This document shows, piece after piece, positions 60,010-64,000 of a stretch of DNA of 64,000 bases. A program made the position numbers and the translations under genes. Source of the DNA: an uncultured Chloroflexia bacterium (GTDB lineage: Bacteria > Chloroflexota > Anaerolineae > JAAEKA01); contig CAVPPH010000010.1 in the NCBI GenBank assembly GCA_963707275.1, positions 111,106 to 175,105 of the forward strand, in the 5' to 3' direction. Numbering within the stretch: position 1 is the stretch's first letter; the number at the start of each line of letters is the position of its first letter. Under the pieces are notes generated by a model. The model searched no databases. It was not told the DNA's origin and saw nothing but the letters and a program-made list of their open reading frames with translations.

Positions 60010-60390
60010 TTATCGGATTGCCAGATTAAACTTCAGCGCAGCATCGACTTCGGCCATGATTGTAGTGGACACTTGCCCCACGGGTTTGACAGTGATCTCG
60101 CCCCGGGGCGGGCGAAGACGGCTAGCCGGGCCAGATTGCTGGATAGTTACCATCTGGCTACAGTTGACGGCGCTGCGCACTGGTAGGCCGCTTTCTTCTG
60201 GTTCGACAACCACGATAAACGGATAAGATTGCGGTGGAATCGTGCGTGTAATTGCCACCACGACCGTGGTCGGACTGACACGATTGCCGATGTCGTTCTG
60301 CACCACCAGAGCTGGCCGCAGCCCTCCTTGCTCGCTTCCCTTCACAGGGTCAAATTCCACCCAATAGATCTCACCACGTTTCACTGTCAT
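60010..60390 (-). CDS. mazF: MazF/PemK family toxin
   Basis: KRGEIYWVEFDPVKGSEQGGLRPALVVQND. Confidence 0.92.
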   Translation of the reverse strand: MTVKRGEIYWVEFDPVKGSEQGGLRPALVVQNDIGNRVSPTTVVVAITRTIPPQSYPFIVVVEPEESGLPVRSAVNCSQMVTIQQSGPASRLRPPRGEITVKPVGQVSTTIMAEVDAALKFNLAIR

Positions 60391-60652
60391 CCTCGCCCTC
60401 CCCAACCACATAGATGACACTTGCTTCCGCGACTGCATGCGCACTCGCCTGAGCAAATTCGACCAACTCGCTGGCATAGAAACGGTAGCCCTCCTCGGCC
60501 AAACGTCTCTCATCGCGCGCCTTGGCCTCCGCCAATGCCTGGCTGATCACCTTGCTTCGGCTGCTGTCAGCCTGGTGGGCTGTGTAGTCTGCGAACTCAA
60601 CAAGATCCTGCGGTAATGTGATGGTAATCTTGCGCATGGATGTGCTTTGCAT
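60371..60652 (-). CDS. Ribbon-helix-helix antitoxin (MazE/NdoAI-like)
   Basis: KITITLP..SRSKVI..LAEEGY; overlaps the toxin start. Confidence 0.82.
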   Translation of the reverse strand: MQSTSMRKITITLPQDLVEFADYTAHQADSSRSKVISQALAEAKARDERRLAEEGYRFYASELVEFAQASAHAVAEASVIYVVGEGEDDSETW

Positions 60653-60785
60653 GGGTACCTCCAAGAAGTTGGTTACTGCCTCAATTAGATGGAGAGATTG
60701 TACCATATCAAGTTCCTTCTTGAAACTCCTACCAATCGGTAAGCATCTCAGTAGGATGACTTGACCCACCGAGTTTCAGTCGCAG

Positions 60786-61247
60786 TCAACGTCGATTCAG
60801 TTTTCCGGATACATATGCATCTGGCGCGTTCTGCACGGTCTTATAGATTACATCACGGGTCACGTCCAGCATCGGCAACTCATCCAGCGCATCGAGGCTG
60901 ACCCAGCGCGCATCGGCTGCGTCGTCGCCGGGCCGCACCTCACCGCTGACGTAGCTGGCCACATGGTCCAGCACCACGAAGTGGAAGCGCACGCGTCCGT
61001 CGTTGTCCCGCTCCAGCGGCTCGAACACCGCGACCAGCGGCCCGACCTCAACGACCACGCCGCACTCCTCCAGTACCTCGCGGCGCACGCCAGCCTCGAC
61101 CGCCTCACCTAACTCCAGCAGGCCGCCGGGCAGCCCCCAGCTACCTTTCGCAGGTTCGCGGCCGCGTTGGACAAGCAACACCTCGTCGCCGCACAACACA
61201 ATCGCCGCCACACCAACCATGGGATGTTCAGGATATTCTCGCGCCAC
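60786..61247 (-). CDS. Nudix hydrolase
   Basis: PGGLLELGEAVEAGVRREVLEECG Nudix box. Confidence 0.92.
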   Translation of the reverse strand: MAREYPEHPMVGVAAIVLCGDEVLLVQRGREPAKGSWGLPGGLLELGEAVEAGVRREVLEECGVVVEVGPLVAVFEPLERDNDGRVRFHFVVLDHVASYVSGEVRPGDDAADARWVSLDALDELPMLDVTRDVIYKTVQNAPDAYVSGKLNRR

Positions 61248-61544
61248 GGGTTAACCAGGTTTCCTTTCAGGTCGCCAAGTGAGACGATTTGGAAATTCGT
61301 CGTACGCAACGCACAGATTACCGCATCCCGCTGATCCGCGCCAACAACGCCGCCACCCCCAGACGCGCAGAGACCGCCTCTTGCGAGACGGCCTCTACCC
61401 CATTCACCCACGTTCGTCCACAATCCTCAAGGAGGTTCCAACCATTCAACTCTTACCGTCCCCAGTATACGCGGCAAGTGTAACCGCTTCAGTACGCGGG
61501 ATTCCCAAGTCTTACACGCCATGAGACTTGGGCGAACACAGGGT

Positions 61545-61573
61545 TTGAATGGCCAGAGCCACGGTGTTATAAT
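61545..61573 (+). promoter_or_regulatory. Sigma70 promoter
   Basis: TTGAAT-N17-TATAAT with extended TGn. Confidence 0.7.
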
Positions 61574-61617
61574 GGCTGCAGGCGCTTTGCACAGCGCCTT
61601 CCAACCCGAAACCTGCT

Positions 61618-64000
61618 ATGAACACCCGCCTCGCCCTTGCAATTCTTGCGACCATGGCGCTGATCTGCGCCGCCCTTGGCGTCAACGCCAGTTCCAGCGC
61701 CGCCAGCCAGCCTCCGGCCGCGCCTGCGCAACCGCCCTCCGGCGCGGCGCTGGACCGTGCATTGCGTACGACGCTGACAGAGCACGGTATCACTCCCCTT
61801 GATCCCGGCCCGACGCCTGACTCCGCCAAGGTGGAGTTGGGCCGGGCGCTCTACTTCGATAAACTACTGAGTGGCAACCGCGACATCTCGTGCGCGACCT
61901 GCCATCTGCCGCAGCAGGCGACAGGAGACGGCCTGTCGCTGTCCATCGGCACCGGTGGATTCGGCGAAGCGCCCGACCGGCTGCGCGGTGCGATGCGCAT
62001 GCTGATCCCGCGCAACGCGCCCGATGTGTTCAACCGCGGCTCGAGCGAGTGGCACAGCATGTTCTGGGATGGCCGGGTAGTTGGCAACTATGACGACGGC
62101 TTCACCCAGCCGCACGAGTTCGTTCAGAAACTGCCCGACGGGCTGGACAGCGTGCTGGCGGCGCAGGCCATGTTCCCCGTGACCTCGCGCGCCGAGATGC
62201 GCGGCGACCCGAAAGACGTGGACGTGTTCGGCCAGGTCAACGAGATCGCCGCCACGGGCGAAAAGGACCTGGCGGCTGTCTGGCAGCGGCTGACCGAACG
62301 ACTGATGGCGACGCTGGAGTACCGCGAGCTTTTCGCAGCGGCATATCCTGACGTAGCTGCCGAAGCGCTTGGTTTCCAGCACGCCGCGAACGCGCTGGCA
62401 GCGTTCGAGATCGATGCGTTCACCCTGTTGGACAGCCCGTGGGATCGCTTTGTGGCTGGTGACGACACCGCTCTTTCGACCGATGCCAAACAGGGCGCGC
62501 TGCTTTTCTACGGCCAAGCGGGCTGTGCGCGCTGCCACAGCGGCAATCTGCTGACCGATCAGGAGTTTCACAACGCGGCAATCCCGCAGATCGGTCCCGG
62601 CAAGGGGCGGCAGAACCCGTACATCGACGTGGGCCGAGCGCGTGAGACGGGCAATCCTGACGACCGCTTTGCGTTCCGCACGCCGCCGCTGCGCAACGTG
62701 GCCCTCACTGGCCCGTGGATGCATAACGGCGCCTTCGTTACGCTGGAAGATGCGGTTCGACACATGGCTAACCCGGTTCAGTCGTTTGACAGCTACGACT
62801 ACGACCACTCGCCGGTCGAGGTGCAGGCTGAGACACGCCGCAGCCCCGCCATCGATGCGGAGATCGTCCAGCGGCTGGACCCGTTGCTGGCCGCGCCGGT
62901 TGAGTTGAGCGAGGCCGAACTGACGCAACTGCTGGCCTTTCTCGATGCGCTGACCGATCCGCGGGCTGCGACGCTGGCGGAGATCGTGCCGGAGCGCGTG
63001 CCCAGCGGCCTGCCGGTATCCGACAGCGCACCGCAGCCGACCGCGTTTGCGCACGTTTCGGGCGAGGCCGGCATCACCGCCCGCCACACCGAGGGCTACC
63101 AGGTGACCGGCCAGGCCTGGGCGGACGTGGACAGCGACGGCTGGCTGGACCTGTACGTGACCAACAGCGTCGGCCCGAACACGCTTTACCACAACGATGG
63201 CGATGGCACGTTCAGCGTCTCGCCGTTCAACCAGCAGGTCGCGCTGCCTGACCATTACAGCGGCGGCGCGAGCTTTGCCGACTACGACAACGACGGCTGG
63301 CCTGATCTGCTGGTGCTGGGAAGGGAAGCTGACGTGCTGCTGCACAACGAGCAGGGAAGCGGCTTCCGCGATGTGACCGCGGAGGCGGGCGTCAGCGACA
63401 GCTTTGCCAGCAAGACTGCTTCGTGGGCCGACTACGACAACGACGGCTGGCTGGATCTCTACGTCGCCAACTGGGGCTGTGTGCCGCGCTGCGCCCGTAC
63501 TGCCGGCGTCAGCGGCGAGCCGGACCGGCTGTACCACAACAACGGCGACGGCACGTTCAGCGACGTGACCGACCTGCTGGGCGGAGAGACATACGGCGGC
63601 GGCTTCGTGGCTCGCTGGCTGGATTTCGACAACGACGGCGACCAGGACATCTATCTGGTCAACGACGAGTTCATCTTACCGCCGGGCAACAAGCTGTTTC
63701 GCAACGATGGGCCGGGCTGCGCGGGCGGCTGGTGCTTCACCGAGGTGTCAGCCGAGCAGGGCGCGGATACTCGTGTCATGGGAATGGGAATTGCAGCCGA
63801 TGACTGGAACGGCGACGGCTGGCTGGACCTGTTCTTCACCAACGCCGGGCGGGCGGTGCTGCTGCAAAAGCAAGGGAACGGGCCGTTCGAAAACGTCGCC
63901 GGCGAAGCTGGCGTAGCGATGGACGCCCGCACGATAGCCTGGGGAGCGACCTCGCTGGACTACGATAACGACGGCCTGCGCGACCTGTATGTGGCGACGA
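61618..64000 (+). CDS. Secreted di-heme cytochrome c peroxidase/MauG-family domain fused to FG-GAP (CRTAC1/UnbV-like) repeats; runs off window
   Basis: Hand translation from ATG 61618: signal peptide, LSGNRDISCATCH, FWDGR, GCARCH, FRTPPLRNV, PSGLP, then repeated ADxDxDGWLD motifs in the same frame. Confidence 0.88.
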   Translation, partial: MNTRLALAILATMALICAALGVNASSSAASQPPAAPAQPPSGAALDRALRTTLTEHGITPLDPGPTPDSAKVELGRALYFDKLLSGNRDISCATCHLPQQATGDGLSLSIGTGGFGEAPDRLRGAMRMLIPRNAPDVFNRGSSEWHSMFWDGRVVGNYDDGFTQPHEFVQKLPDGLDSVLAAQAMFPVTSRAEMRGDPKDVDVFGQVNEIAATGEKDLAAVWQRLTERLMATLEYRELFAAAYPDVAAEALGFQHAANALAAFEIDAFTLLDSPWDRFVAGDDTALSTDAKQGALLFYGQAGCARCHSGNLLTDQEFHNAAIPQIGPGKGRQNPYIDVGRARETGNPDDRFAFRTPPLRNVALTGPWMHNGAFVTLEDAVRHMANPVQSFDSYDYDHSPVEVQAETRRSPAIDAEIVQRLDPLLAAPVELSEAELTQLLAFLDALTDPRAATLAEIVPERVPSGLPVSDSAPQPTAFAHVSGEAGITARHTEGYQVTGQAWADVDSDGWLDLYVTNSVGPNTLYHNDGDGTFSVSPFNQQVALPDHYSGGASFADYDNDGWPDLLVLGREADVLLHNEQGSGFRDVTAEAGVSDSFASKTASWADYDNDGWLDLYVANWGCVPRCARTAGVSGEPDRLYHNNGDGTFSDVTDLLGGETYGGGFVARWLDFDNDGDQDIYLVNDEFILPPGNKLFRNDGPGCAGGWCFTEVSAEQGADTRVMGMGIAADDWNGDGWLDLFFTNAGRAVLLQKQGNGPFENVAGEAGVAMDARTIAWGATSLDYDNDGLRDLYVAT

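Noticed and set aside
61864-63537. 557 aa minus-strand ORF
   Set aside because: Antisense shadow of the plus-strand peroxidase/FG-GAP gene, which carries the recognisable motifs

Overview
High-GC bacterial chromosome segment. Gene content (Pro/Thr-rich LAAC lipoproteins, SH3b/LysM wall proteins, short tandem intergenic repeats) suggests Chloroflexota, Anaerolineae/Caldilineae-like (inference). Many genes, including lepA and rplY, are split by single-base indels, best explained as uncorrected long-read errors, so genes are reported as reconstructed wholes with approximate ends. Bases 1-20.5 kb hold two GntR-headed sugar catabolic clusters on the minus strand. The first has an ABC transporter, Gfo/Idh/MocA dehydrogenase, TIM-barrel enzymes, xylulokinase and xylose isomerase. 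The second has an ApsI-like isomerase, PfkB kinase, split transketolase, SAF oxidoreductase and TIM-barrel enzyme. Housekeeping and envelope genes follow (rsmA, lepA, rplY, pfkA, hpt, rlmI, DhaM-HPr-EI), plus an AT-richer methyltransferase/GAF histidine kinase pair, a glycoside hydrolase/O-antigen ligase fusion, CoxD/CoxE-like genes, a mazEF-type pair and a di-heme peroxidase/FG-GAP fusion running off the right edge. The best candidate for a new system is at 34.4-40.8 kb. A gene for an HTH-STAND ATPase-TPR protein is followed by four genes (secreted LamG-like protein, globin, FAD monooxygenase, secreted unknown). Each has its own promoter with two GTGA(T/G)GCA-type boxes starting 21 bp apart and a -10 hexamer 21-22 bp after the second box. 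This looks like a self-contained regulon with MalT-like geometry.
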